64,000 nucleotides of DNA from Squalus acanthias (taxonomy: Eukaryota): contig JASTWF010000322.1 in assembly GCA_030390025.1 (NCBI GenBank), positions 186,001 to 250,000 on the forward strand. Reading direction: 5' to 3'. The stretch's first letter is position 1, and every line of letters starts with the position of its first letter. Below are positions 36,387 through 48,512 of the stretch, in pieces. The notes beneath the pieces are model-generated. The model was not told the origin of the DNA and did no database searches. It saw only the letters and a list, made by a program, of their open reading frames with translations. A program made the translations under genes and the position numbers.

Positions 36387-36962
36387 CATAGAAACATAGA
36401 AGATAGGAGCAGGAGTAGGCCATTCGGCCCCTCTAGCCTGCTCCGCCATTCAATGAGATCATGGCTGATCATCCAAATTCAGTACCCTGTCCCTGCTTTC
36501 TCCCCATATCCCTTGATCCCTTTAGCCTTAAGAAATATATCCAACTCCTTCTTGAATATATTTAATGAATTGGCCTCAACTGCCTTCTGTGGTAGAGAAT
36601 TCCACAGGTCCACCACTCTCTGGGTGAAGAAATTCCTCCTCATCTCGGTCCTAAATGGCTTACCCCTTATCCTTAGACTGTGACCCCTAGTCCTAGAATC
36701 CCCAACCAGCGGAAATAGTTTCTCTCTCTCTCTCTACCCTATCAGTTCCCCTTAATATCTTGAAAACTTCGATCAGATCACCCCTTAACCTTCTGAATTC
36801 CCGGGAACACGACCCTAGTTTATGTAATCTCTCCTCGTAATTTAACCCTTGGAGTCCGGGATCATTCTGGCAAACCTTCGCTGCACTCCCTCCAAGGCCA
36901 ATATATCCTTCCTAAGGTGTGGTGCCCAGAACTGCTCCCAGTGCTCCAGGTGTGGTCTAACC

Positions 36963-37819
36963 TTCTTCTTCTTCTTCTTCTTAGGCAGTCCCTCGGAACC
37001 GAGGATGACTTGCTTCCACATTAAAAATGAAAGTGAGAAGTCGCACAACACCAGGTTATAGTCCAACAGTTTTATTTGAAATCACAAGCTTTCGGAGCGG
37101 CTGCTCCTTCGTCAGGTGAAGTGATTTCAAATCAAGTGAAGTCAGATTTCAAATAAAACTGTTGGACTATAACCTGGTGTTGCGCGACTTCTCACTTTTG
37201 TCCACCCCAGTCCAACACCGGCATCTCCGCATCATGGAGATTAAAAATGAGTTCTCAGGTGACTGATGAGTCCAATGCGGGACCGACAGTCTCTGTCACA
37301 GGTGGGGTAGACGGTGGTTGAAGGGGGCGGGTGGGTGGGGTGCTTGGGTTGACGTGCGCTCCTTGCGCTGCCTGCGCTTGGCTTCCGCTTGCTTCCAGCG
37401 AAGAGACTCGAGGTGTTCGGCGCCTTCCCGGATGCTTCTCCTCCACTTTGTGCTCTGGTCTTGGGCCAGGGATTCCCAGGTGTCGGTGGGGATGTTACAC
37501 TTTTTCAAGGAGGCTTTGAGGGTGACCTCGAAGCGTTTCCTCTGCCCACCTGGGGCTCTCTTGCCGTGTCGGAGCTCCGAGTAGAGCGCTTGTTCTGGGA
37601 GTATCGTATCGGGCATGCGGACGATGTGGCCCGTCCATCGGAGCTGATCGAGCGTGGTCAAAGCTTCGATGCTGGGGATGTTGGCCTGAGCGAGAACACT
37701 GACGTTGGTGCGCCTATCCTGCCAATGGATGTGCAGGATCTTGCGGAGGCAGCGTTGGTGGTACCTCTCCAGTGCTTTGAGGTGCCTGCTGTACATGGTC
37801 CATGTCTCTGAGGCATCCA
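36963..37819 (-). mobile_element. 5'-truncated RTE LINE with (GAA)n tail
   Basis: YSRHLKALERYHQRCLRKIL...QLRWTGHIVRMPD...GGQRKRF. Confidence 0.88.
37031..37239. mobile_element. Short inverted Penelope family B pLTR insertion inside the RTE
   Basis: 11-bp TSD attaaaaatga at 37020-37030 and 37240-37250; hammerhead motif at about 37082-37119 (-). Confidence 0.8.
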
Positions 37820-39039
37820 GGTCTAACCAGGGCTTTGTACAGCTGCAGCATAACTTCTACCCCCTTGTACCCTAGTCCTCTAGATATAAAGGCCAGCATT
37901 CTATTAGCCTTTTTGATTATTTTCTGTACCTGTCCATGACATTTTAATGATCTATGTATCTGGACTCCCGAAGTATCTTTGGACATGTGCACAGTTTGGG
38001 TCTCCTTATCTGAGGAAGGATAGACTTGCCTTGGAGGCGGTGCAACGAAGGTTCACTCGATTGATCCCTGGGATGTGAGGGTTGTCCTATGAGGAGAGAT
38101 TGAGTAGATTGGGCTGATACTCTCTGGAGTTTAGAAGAATGAGAGGTGATCTCATTGAAACATACAAGATTCTGAGGGGGATTGACAGGGTAGATGCTGA
38201 GAGGCTGTTTCCCCCTGGCTGGAGAGTCTAGAACCAGGGGACACAGTCTCAGGATAAGGGGTCGGCCATTTACATAGAAACATAGAAACTCCTGAAAGGT
38301 CTGTCTCTAATTTTTAGACTATGCCCCTAGTCCTAGAATCCCCAACCAGCAGAAATAGTTTCTCTCTCTCTCTCTACCCTGTCGGTTCCCTTTAATATCT
38401 TGAAAACTTCGATCAGATCAACCCTTAACCTTCGAAACTCCAGGGAACACGACCCTAGTTTGTGTAATCTCTCCTCATAACAATCCTTGGAGCCCGGGTA
38501 TCATTCTGGTAAACCTAGGCTGCACTCCCTCCAAGGCCAATATATCTTTCTTAAACTGTGGGGTCCAGAACTGCTCCCAGTGCTCCAGGTGTGGTCTAAC
38601 CAGGGCTTTGTACAGCTGCAGCAGAACTTCTACCCCCTTGTATTCTAGTCCTCTAGATATAAAGGCCAGCATTCCATTAGCCTTTTTGATTATTTTCTGT
38701 ACCTGTTGATGACATTTTAATGATCGATGTACCTGGACCCCCCAAGTCTCTTTGGACCTCCACTGTTTTTAGCTTTTCACCATTTAGAAAGTACCCTGTT
38801 CTGTCCTGCTTAGGTCCAAAGTGGATGACCTCACAATGGACTACATTGGAATCCATTTGCCACAGTTTTGCCCATTCACTTAATCTGCCGATATCCCTTT
38901 GTCAATTTATGCCTCCATCTGCACTGAAGCCTACAATGCCCCCTATCTTTGTGATGCGGAGATGCCGGTGTTGGACTGGGGTGGACAAAAGTGAGAAGTC
39001 GCACAACACCAGGTTATAGTCCAACAGCTTTATTTGAAA

Positions 39040-39076
39040 TCACAAGCTTTCGGAGCGCTGCTCCTTCGTCAGGTGA
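39040..39076 (-). ncRNA. Minimal hammerhead ribozyme motif, family B (intact)
   Basis: ucac CUGACGA a ggag-cagcg-cucc GAAA gcUU guga. Confidence 0.82.
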
Positions 39077-39261
39077 AGTGAAGAGATGCATATAGGCACA
39101 GCAAATATAGTCAGAGAACACTGCCAGATGACTACAGTTGATCTTTCTAACTGCCCTTTATCACACCTCGGCAGAGAGATAATCACGGCAGAAAGATTAA
39201 CTGTAATCATCTGGCTGTGTTCTCTGACTATATATGCTGTGCCTATATGCATCTCTTCACT

Positions 39262-39298
39262 TCACCTGACGAAGGAGCAGCGCTCCGAAAGCTTGTGA
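39262..39298 (+). ncRNA. Minimal hammerhead ribozyme motif, family B (intact)
   Basis: tcacctgacgaaggagcagcgctccgaaagcttgtga read directly on the + strand. Confidence 0.82.
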
Positions 39299-39877
39299 TT
39301 TCAGATAAAGCTGTTGGACTATAACCTGGTGTTGTGCGACTTCTCACATTTGCCTAACTTTGTGTTATCGGCAAATTTGCATATAAGACTTTCTATGCCA
39401 TCATCCAAGTCGTTAATAAATACTGAGAATAGTTGAGGCCCCCCACACAGATTCCTGCGGGACGCCACTAGTCACATCCTGCCAATTAGAGAGTACCGAC
39501 CCATTATCCTTACTGTCTGTCTCAGCCAGTTTCCTAACCAGGTCAATAATTTGCCCTCAATTCCGTGGGCTTCTACCTTAGTTTAAAAAAAAAAATTTTT
39601 TTTATTCGTTTATGGGATGTGGGCGTCGCTGGGAAGGCCAGCATTTATTGCCCATCCCTAATTGCCCTTGAGAAGGTGGTGGTGAGCCGCCTTCTTGAAC
39701 CGCTGCAGTCCGCGTGGTGATGGTGCTCCCACACAGTGTCTTGCTGGGCCATTTCAGAGGGGCAGTTAAGGGTCGAGCGCAACCGAAAACGCTGGAAAAA
39801 CTCAGCAGGCCAGGCAGCATCCGTGGAGAGAGAAACAGAGTTAACGTTTCATGTCGGTAAAAAGCAGGAAATGAAAT

Positions 39878-40455
39878 AGTACAGGGCCTTGGTGAGACCA
39901 CACCTTGAGTACTGTGTGCAGTTTTGGTCGCCTTATCTGAGGAAGGATGTTCTTGCCATGGAAGGAGTTCAGCGAAGATTCACCAGGCTGATACCTGGGA
40001 TGGCAGGAATGACGTATGAGGAGAAATTGGGTCGATTGGGCTTATACTCGCTGGAGTATAGAAGAATGAGAGGGGCTCTCATCGAAACATATAAAATTCT
40101 GACAGGTCTGGACAAACTAGATGCAGGAAGGATGTTCCCGATGGTCGGAGAGTCCAGAACCAGGGGTCATAATCTAAGGATAAGGGGTAAGCCATTTAGG
40201 ACAGAAATGAGGAAGAATTTCTTCACCCAGAGAGTGGTGAACCTGTGGAATTCTCTACCACAGAAGGTAGTTGAGGCCAAGTCATTAAATATATTCAAGA
40301 ATGAGTTAGATATATTTCTTAAAGCTAAAGGTATCAAGGGATACGGGGAGAAGGCAGGTACAGGGTACTGAGTTTGGATGATCAGCCATGATCTCATCGA
40401 ATGGCGGAGCAGGCTCGAGGGGCCGAATGGCCTACTCCTGCTCCTATCTTCTATG
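39878..40455 (+). mobile_element. 5'-truncated CR1 inserted in a Penelope family A copy
   Basis: ORF 39889-40371; Penelope A sequence at 39785-39877 and 40460-41022. Confidence 0.88.
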
Positions 40456-41029
40456 TAAAGCAAGTATAAAGCTGGGAAAAGGGGGAGGGGATGAAAGAAC
40501 AAAGGGGGAGGTCAGTGATGGGATAGAAAGCAGGAGAGATTAAGAGACATTTGTCCATCGAGTTCAACAATTTCAGATCATAACCCCGGCCCCTATCACA
40601 TATATATATATTTTTATTTTATTTTTTCATCCACCCTTTTGTTGGCCTTTTTTTTCTTCCCTCCCAGAAGCTGGCAGCTGTCCTTCATTCTGCCAGCGCA
40701 ATTCACACTTCATCTAGCCTCAATCTGTCACATTACCACCTCCTCTTGCCTTGAATATCTCTCAATCTCTCTTAATCTCTCCTGCTTTCTATCCTACCAC
40801 TGACCTTCCCTTTTGTTCTTTCATCCCCTCCCCCTTTTCCCAGCCCCTAAAACTTGCTTTAAAATCTGTTCCATTTCCTGCTTTTTTCCAGTTCTGACGA
40901 AAGGTCTTCGACCTGAAGCGTTAACTCTGTTTCTCTCTCTCCACGGATGCTGCCTGGCCTGCTGAGTTTTTCCAGCGTTTTCTGTTGTTATTTCGGATTT
41001 CCAGCATCCGCAGTATTTTGCTATCGTAA

Positions 41030-41305
41030 GAGTCAAGCACATTGCTGTGGGTCTGGCGTCACATATAGGCCAGACCGGGTAAGGGCGGCAGATTTCCTTC
41101 TACTAAAGGACATGAGTGAACCAGATGAGTTTTTACGATAATCCGATAGTTTCATGGTTACCATTACTGATACTAGCTTTTTATTTAATTAACTGAATTT
41201 AAATTCCCCAGCTGCTCTGGTGGGATTTGAACTCATGTCTCTGGATCATCAGTCCAGGCCTCTGGATTACTAGCCCAGTGACAGTACCACTACGCTACTG
41301 TTCCC
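41030..41305 (-). mobile_element. tRNA-derived SINE (same family as 3998)
   Basis: Reverse complement of 3998-4290, including B-box gagttcaaatccc. Confidence 0.78.
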
Positions 41306-41391
41306 GTAACAGTCTCTTATGTGGGACTTTATCAAATGCCTTCTGGAAGTCCATATAAACCACATCCATTGACATTCCCCTGTCCACTACA

Positions 41392-42480
41392 TAAGAAATA
41401 GGAGCAGGAGTGGGCCATTCGGCCCCTCGAGCCTGCTCCGCCATTCAATAAGATCGTGGCTGATCTTCGACCTCAACTCCACTTTCCTGCACTCTCCCCA
41501 TATCCCTTGAGAGAGGTTGGGCCCATACTCATTGGAGTTTAGAAGAATGAGAGGGGGATCTTATTGAAACATCTAAGATTCTGAAGGGGGTTGGACAGGG
41601 TAGATGCAGAGAGGATGTTTCCCCTCGTGGGGGAATCTAGAACTCAGGGGCATAGTTTCAGGATAAAGGGGGTTGCCCTTGACATGAATCTTGCCATTCA
41701 TGTGGAACTGACTTATGAAATAATACTGGGTGGCCTGTGGGTGGCGCTGTCCAGGGAGAGTATAAATACTCGGGCACGGGCCCAGCTTGCGCGGGACATT
41801 CTTTAACAGGAACTAGAAAAAGGACACAACTAGATCTCCATGTTGAAAAACAGTTGATTAAAGCTTTGTTTAAATGCTTAGACCAAGTGCCCAGTAGTTT
41901 TATTACGTCAACCCTTTTAAAACGGAAATGAGGAGGAATTTCTTCTCTCAGAGGGTCGTGAATCTTTGGAATTCTCTACCCCAGAGAGCTGTGCAGGGGC
42001 TGGGTCATTGAATATATTTAAGGTGGAGATAGAGAGATTTTTGAACGATAAGGGAGTCAAGGGTTATGGGGAGCGGGCAGGGAAGTGGAGTTGAGGCCAA
42101 GATCAAATCAGCCATGATCTTATAGAATGGCGGAGCAGGCTCGAGGGGCCGAATGACCGACTCCTGCTCCTACGTCTTATGTTCCCTTAATATTCAAATA
42201 ACTATCGATCTCTGTCTTGAATATACTCAATGACTGAGCCTCCACAGCCCTCTGGGGCAGAGAATTCCAAAGATTCACCGCCCTCTGAGTGAAGAAATTC
42301 CTCCTCATCTCAGTCCTAAATGGCTGACCCCTTATCCTGAGACTGTGACCCCTGGTTCTAGACTCCCCAGCCAGGGGGAAACAACCTCCCTGCATCTACC
42401 CTGTCAAGCCCTGTAAGAATTGTGTATGTTTCAATGGGATCACCTCTCATTCTTCTAAACTCTAGAGAATATAGGCCTAG
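41392..42480. mobile_element. Cluster of CR1 3' fragments in both orientations
   Basis: DRVDAERMFPLVGESRT and GESRTRGHSLRIRG translations. Confidence 0.8.
41680..41910 (+). mobile_element. Candidate solo LTR (231 bp)
   Basis: TG...CA ends with short inverted termini (tgacatgaat / attacgtca); TATA at 41761, ATTAAA at about 41858; flanks gccct/accct; interrupts a CR1. Confidence 0.65.
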
Positions 42481-42639
42481 TCCTACTCTACTTTAGTCAC
42501 CTCCTCAACAAATGTAATCAGGTTTGTCAGGCTGAACGACCATTCACAAATCCACGCTGGCTCTCTCTCTCTGATCAACTGAAAATTTTCGAGGAGTTCA
42601 GCAATTTCCCGACAGCAGATGTTAGGCTAACTGGTCTCT

Positions 42640-43383
42640 AAGAGTCTAACCACCGCCCCTTGACATTCAATGGCATTACCATCGCCGAATCCCCCACCAT
42701 CAACATCCTGGGGGTCACCATTGACCAGAAACTCAACTGGACCAGCCACATAAATACTGTGGCAACAAGAGCAGGTCAGAGGCTGGGTATTCTGCGGCGA
42801 GTGTCTCACCTCCTGACTCCCCAAAGCCTTTCCACCATCTACAAGGCACAAGTCAGGAGTGTGATGGAATACTCTCCACTTGCCTGGATGAGTGCAGCTC
42901 CAACAACACTCAAGAAGCTCGACACCATCCAGGACAAAGCAGCCCGCTTGATCGGCACCCCATCCAACCACCTTAAACATTCACTCCCTCCACCACCGGC
43001 GCACCGTGGCTGCAGTGTGCACCATCTACAAGATGCACTGCAGTGACTCGCCAAGGCTTCTTCGGCAGCACCTCCCAAACCCGCGACCTCTTCCACCTAG
43101 AAGGACAAGGGCAGCAGGCGCATGGGAACACCACCATCTCCAAGTTCCACCTCCAAGTCACACACCATCCTGACTTGGAAATATATCGGTCGTTCCTTCA
43201 TTGTCGCTGGGTCCAAATCCTGGAACTCCCTCCCGAACAGCACTGTGGGAGCACCTTCACCACACGGACTGCAGCGGGTCAAGAAGGTGGCTCACCACCA
43301 CCTTCTCAAGGGGCAACTAGGGATGGGCGATAAATGCCGGCCTTGCCAGCGACGCCCACATCCCATAAACGAATAAAAAAAAA
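42640..43383 (+). mobile_element. 5'-truncated LINE, second CR1-group family
   Basis: TFNGITIAESPTINILGVTIDQKLNW; aataaa plus poly-A end. Confidence 0.85.
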
Positions 43384-43464
43384 ATCCCTGGTTTCTGTCT
43401 CTCGCCATTCTTAAATAGCGGAGTGACATGCAAATTTTCCCATCTAAAGGGAGAATTAAAAACA

Positions 43465-45347
43465 ACAGCAACAAATTGTATTTATATAGCGCCTTTAACG
43501 TAGTAAAACGTCCGAAGGCATTTCACATAAGTATTTTAAGACGAAAACATTTGACACCGAGCCACATAAGGAGATATTAGGGGCAGGTGACCAAAAGCTT
43601 GGTCAAAGAGGTCGGTTTTAAGGAGCGTCTTAAAGGAGGAGCGAGAGGTAGAAAGAAAGTCTTGCATTTCTCCAGCGCCTTTCACGACCACCGGACGTCC
43701 CAAAGTGCTTCACATCCAATGAAGTACTTTTTGAAGTGGAGTCACTGTTGTAATGTGGGAAACGTGGCAGCCAATTTGCGCACAGCAAGCTCCCACAAAA
43801 CAGCAATGTGATAATGACCAGATCATCTGTTTTTGTTATGTTGGTTGAGGGATAAATATTGGGCCCAGGACACCGGGGAGAACTCCCCCCCCATGCTCTT
43901 CTTCCAATAGTGGCCGTGGGATCTTTTACATCCACCTGAGAGGGCAGACGGGGCCTTGGTTTAACGTCTCATCCAAAAGACGGCACCTCCGACAGTGCAG
44001 CACTCCCTCAGTACTGGCACCGGGGAGTGTGGTCCAGGATTATGGGGCTCAAGTCCAAGAGTATATACATCTACCTCCGACAGTGCAGCGCTCCCTCAGT
44101 ACTGGCACCGGGGAGTGTGGGCCTGGATTATGGAGCTCGAGTCCTAGAGTATATACATCTACCTCCGACAGTGCAGCGCTCCCTCAGTACTGGCACCTGG
44201 GAGTGTGGGCCTGGATTATGGGGCTCGAGTCCTGGAGTATATACATCGACCTCCGACAGTGCAGCGCTCCCTCAGTACTGGCACCAGGGAGTGTGGGCCT
44301 GGATTATGGGGCTCGAGTCCCTGGAGCGGGACTTGAACCCACAACCTTCTGACTCAGGCAAGGGTGCTACCCACTGGGCCACAGCTAACACTAGTTTCGA
44401 AGAGGTTTAGGGAGGTAATTCCAGAGCTTAGGGCTGAGGCAACAGAAGGCACGGCCGCCAATGGTGGAGCAATTATAATCAGTGATGCTCAAGAGGGCAG
44501 AATTAGAGGAGCGCAGATATCTCGGGGGGTTGTGGGGCTGAAGGAGATTACAGAGATTGGGAGGGGGGCGAGGGCCATGGAGGGATTTCAATAGGAGGAT
44601 GAGAATTGTAGGGGCTGGAGGAGGTTACAGAGATAGGGAGGGGGCGAGGGCCATGGAGGGATTTGAACAGGAGGATGAGAATTGTAGGGGCTGGAGGAGT
44701 TTACAGAGATAGGGAGGGGGCGAGGGCCATGGAGGGATTTGAACAGGAGGATGAGAATTGTAGGGGCTGGAGGAGGTTACAGTGATAGGGAGGGGGCGAG
44801 GGGCCATGGAGGGATTTGAACAGGAGGATGAGAATTGTAGGGGCTGGAGGAGGTTACAGAGATAGGGAGGGGGCGAGGGCCATGGAGGGATTTGAACAGG
44901 AGGATGAGAATTGTAGGGGCTGGAGGAGGTTACAGAGATAGGGAGGGGGCGAGAGGCCATGGAGGGATTTGAACACGAGGATGAGAATTTTGAAATCGAG
45001 GCGTTGCTTAACCGGGTGCCAATGTAGGTCAGCGAGCACAGGGGTGATGGGTGAACGGGACTCGGTGTGAGTTAGGACACGGGGGCAGCCGAGTTTTGGA
45101 TGACCTCAAGTTTACGCAGGGTAGAACGTGGGAGGGCAGCCAGGAGAGCGTTGGAATAGTCAAGCCTAGAGGTAACAAAGGCAGGGATGAGGGTTTCAGC
45201 AACGGATGAGCTGAGACAAGGGCGGAGACGGGCGATGTTACGGAGGTGGAAGTAGGCGGTCTGATTTATGCTGCGGATATGTGGTCAGAAGCTCATTTCA
45301 GGGTCAAATATGACATCAAGGTTGCGAACAGTGTGGTTCAGCCTCAG
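43465..45347 (-). mobile_element. L2 LINE 3' part with about 6 copies of the 76-bp unit, interrupted by a SINE
   Basis: (caa)n tail at 43461; LHWHPVKQRLDFKIL; array about 44545-44990. Confidence 0.85.
43650..44390 (-). mobile_element. Full-length Deu-domain SINE with tRNA-like head and about 4 copies of the 88-bp unit
   Basis: Head reverse complement tggcccagtggg...gggttcaagtccc (A and B boxes), array, Deu core, L2-like tail. Confidence 0.82.
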
Positions 45348-45954
45348 AAATTAGTAACTTTCAAAGGGGAATTGGATAAATACTTGAAGGGGAAATTTTG
45401 CAGGGCTGGTGGGAGAGAGCGAGGGAGTGGGCCGAATTGGATAGCTCGACCATAAAGCCGGCACAGGCACGATGGGTGGACTGGCCTCCTTCTGTGCTGT
45501 ACAGATACAAATTTGGTCTATGCTATCAATGGATGTATTTAGAGTTGAATCGTAAAACGTAGAGGAATTTGGAGAGGAGAGTTAGTCGGAGCGCAGACGC
45601 TACTTGGGCTGCGGAACTGGGAGAGGCAGAACGGAGGCGCCAGAGCGCCACCGCTGGCCGGAGAGTGCAATTACAGCGTGACATGTTGACATAGGATCGT
45701 TCCATTGTAAAGGTGGACAGGGGAATTCAGAATTGGGCGGGGGGGAGAAAATGTCGAGACTGTTTTGGAAACAGTTTTGTCGTGAGATGATTACTTTATT
45801 GAATGGAACGTATTTGATATTGAGCTGGCGAAAGGGATGGCTGCACGCTGTCGGGACAGGAGGAGGCTGTTCGGCCCCTCCAGCCCGTTCACTGACAGGC
45901 TGGCTGACCTGCACCTTAACTCCAACTTCCCCGTCTTTCTCCACAGGCACCAAG

Positions 45955-45990
45955 ATGGCGACTGGCGATGATGGATCTGCCGATACACAG
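45955..45990 (+). CDS. C2H2 zinc-finger gene, first coding exon (exon 45947-45990; MATGDDGSADTQ)
   Basis: Acceptor ccgtctttctccacag, strong start context AAGATGG, donor CAG|GTCAGT, phase 0, in frame with the exon at 58581. Confidence 0.72.
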
Positions 45991-46357
45991 GTCAGTCCTG
46001 TCTTTGAGACCTTACCTTTAGTGCTAACTAGCATCCACAGCTCCCTGGGGTAGAGAATGCCAAAGATTCACCACCCTCTGAGTGAAGAAATTCCTCCTCC
46101 AGCAACAACACCATGCTTTTCTGTAGCGCCTTGTAGCAAAACTTCCCGAGGCGCCACACAGGAGCGATTATCAAACTATTCGCCACACTTTAGGAAGGGT
46201 GGGAAGGTCTTGGAGAGGGTGGTGCAGAAGAGATTTCGAAAAAAAAGTAAGACTTGCATTTCTCCAGCGCCTTTCACCACCTCAGGACGTCCCAAAGCGC
46301 TTTACAGTCAATGAAGTACTTTTTGAAGTGGAGTCACTGTTGTAATGTAGGAAACGA

Positions 46358-46840
46358 TTGACCAGAATGGGACCAGGGGTGAGGGACTTCAGTGATGTGG
46401 AGAGACTGGAGAAGCTGAGGTTGTTCTCCTTGGAGCAGAGAAGGTTAAGGGGAGATTGACCAGAATGGTACCAGGGATGAGGGTCTTCAGTGATGTGGAG
46501 AGACTGGAGAAGCTGGGGTTGTTCTCCTTAGAGCAGAGAAGGTTAAGGGGAGATTTAATAGAGGTGTTCAAAATCATGTAGGGTTTTGATGGAGTAAATA
46601 AGGAGAAACTGTTTCCAGTGGCAGGAGGGTGGGTAACCAGAGGACACAGATTGAAGGTGATTGTCGAGATGAGGAAAAATATGTTGTGATCTGGAACGCG
46701 CTGCCTGAAAGGGCGGTGGAAGCAGATTCAATCGTAACTTTCTAGTATTTATCCAATTCCCTTTTGAAGGGGGGACATTGGACAGCACTTTCACAGGCAA
46801 GATGGGCCAAGAGGCCTCCTTCTGTGCCGTAAGGTTCTAC
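46358..46840 (+). mobile_element. CR1 3' fragment with 2 copies of the 99-bp unit
   Basis: Same sequence as 4397-5000. Confidence 0.8.
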
Positions 46841-46994
46841 GCAGATTTGAAGGGGGGGTGTTGGTTGCTAGGCATTGGCGTCGTCAAGCAGTGAGCTTTG
46901 GTGAGGCTTTGTCTCGGTATTGTGACATCAGAGAGTCAATCCCTGATGACGTCAGACAAGGCCGGCGCAGTCTAGGAGGTCAAAGAGGCAGTCC

Positions 46995-48099
46995 TCTTCT
47001 CTTCTTAGGCAGTCCCTCGGAACCGAGGATGACTTGCTTCCACACTAACAATGAGTTCTCAGGTGACTGATGAGTCCAATGCGGGACCGACAGTCTCTGT
47101 CACAGGTGGGGCAGACGGTGGTTGAAGGGGCGGGTGGGTGGGGTGCTTGGGTTGACGTGCGCTCCTTCCGCTGTTTGCGCTTGGCTTCCGCATGCTCCCG
47201 GCGAAGAGACTCGAGATGTTCGGCGCCTTCCCGGATGCTTCTCCTCCACTTTGTGCTCTGGTCTTGGGCCAGGGATTCCCAGGTGTCGGTGGGGGATGTT
47301 ACACTTTTTCAAGGAGGCTTTGAGGGTGTCCTTGAAGCGTTTCCTCTGCCTACCTGGGGCTCTACTGCCGTGTCGGAGCTCCGAGTAGAGCGCTTGTTTT
47401 GGGAGTCTCGTATCGGGCATGCGGACGATGTGGACCGTCCATCGGAGCTGATCGAGCGTGGTCAAAGCTTCGATGCTGGGGATGTTGGCCTGAGCGAGAA
47501 CACTGACGTTGGTGCGCCTATCCTGCCAATGGATTTGCAGGACCTTGCGGAGGCAGCGTTGGTGGTACCTCTCCAGTGCTTTGAGGTGCCTGCTGTACAT
47601 GGTCCATGTCTCTGAGGCATACAGCAGGGCGGGTATTACTACTGCTCTGTAGACCATGAGCTTGGTGCCGGGTTTGAGGTCCTGGTCTTCAAACACTCTC
47701 TTCCTCAGGCGACCGAAGGCACTGGCACACTGAAGGCGGTGTTGGACATCGTCATCGACGTCTGCCCTTGTTGACAGTAGGCTCCCGAGGTATGGAAAGT
47801 GGTCCACGTTGTCCAAGGCCTCGTCGTGGATTTTGATAATCGGGGGGCAGTACTGTGTGGCGGGGGCAGGTTGGTAGAGGACCTTTGTCTTACGGATGTT
47901 TAGTGTAGGGCCCATGCTCTCGTACGCTTCGGTGAAGGTGTTGACGATGGTTTGGAGTTCGACCTCCGAGTGTGCGCAGACGCAAGCGTCGTCTGCATAC
48001 TGTAATTCGACGACAGAGGAAGGGACGACCTTGGATCTGGACTGGAGGCGACGGAGGCTGAACAGTTTCCCGTTTGTTCTGTAAATTAGCTCCACTCCA
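46995..48099 (-). mobile_element. 5'-truncated RTE LINE (RT YADD region to 3' tail)
   Basis: ORF 47100-48095 ELQYADDACV...FPYLGS...LLYASETWT; 42-bp flanking direct repeats. Confidence 0.9.
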
Positions 48100-48512
48100 G
48101 ACGTAAGACAAGGCCGGCGCAGTGTAGGAGGTCAAAGAGGCCTACCCGATTCCCAAGCCCGCAACTACCCCTCGAGACTGCTCGCGATGGGGGAGCTGCG
48201 GCTTTCTGAGAACGAAAATTCGGACCTCCCGCTGAAAGCCTGATCTCTCGGCTTCGTTCTAACCCCAGCGCCATCTCTGAGCAACTATTGGCTGTTTGTT
48301 TGTATCTGAAACTTGCCAGAGGGCATCCCAGATAATCCCGTAACCAGGTAAATCCAGTATCCTAGCAACGAGAACGCCCTCTGACACCCCACCCCCCTCC
48401 TAAAGTAAAACGTCCCAGGGCGCTTCACAGGAGCGATTATCAAACACAATTTTGACACCGAGCCACATAATGAGATATTAGGACAGGCGACCAAAACCTT
48501 GGTCAAAGAGGT

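Larger units (their letters stand above)
36387..37980 (-). mobile_element. CR1 fragments hosting an RTE insertion
   Basis: CR1 3' end 36387-36960 resumes at about 37820; 9-bp TSD ggtctaacc. Confidence 0.8.
38953..39352. mobile_element. Penelope family B pLTR inverted pair
   Basis: Arms about 38990-39150 and 39190-39350 are reverse complements; near-identical ORFs on opposite strands. Confidence 0.85.
37985..39580. mobile_element. CR1 fragments (+ 37985-38270; - 38290-39580), interrupted by a Penelope pair
   Basis: MLAFISRGLEYKGVEVLLQLYKALVRPHLE and KFADNTKL-type motifs. Confidence 0.78.
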
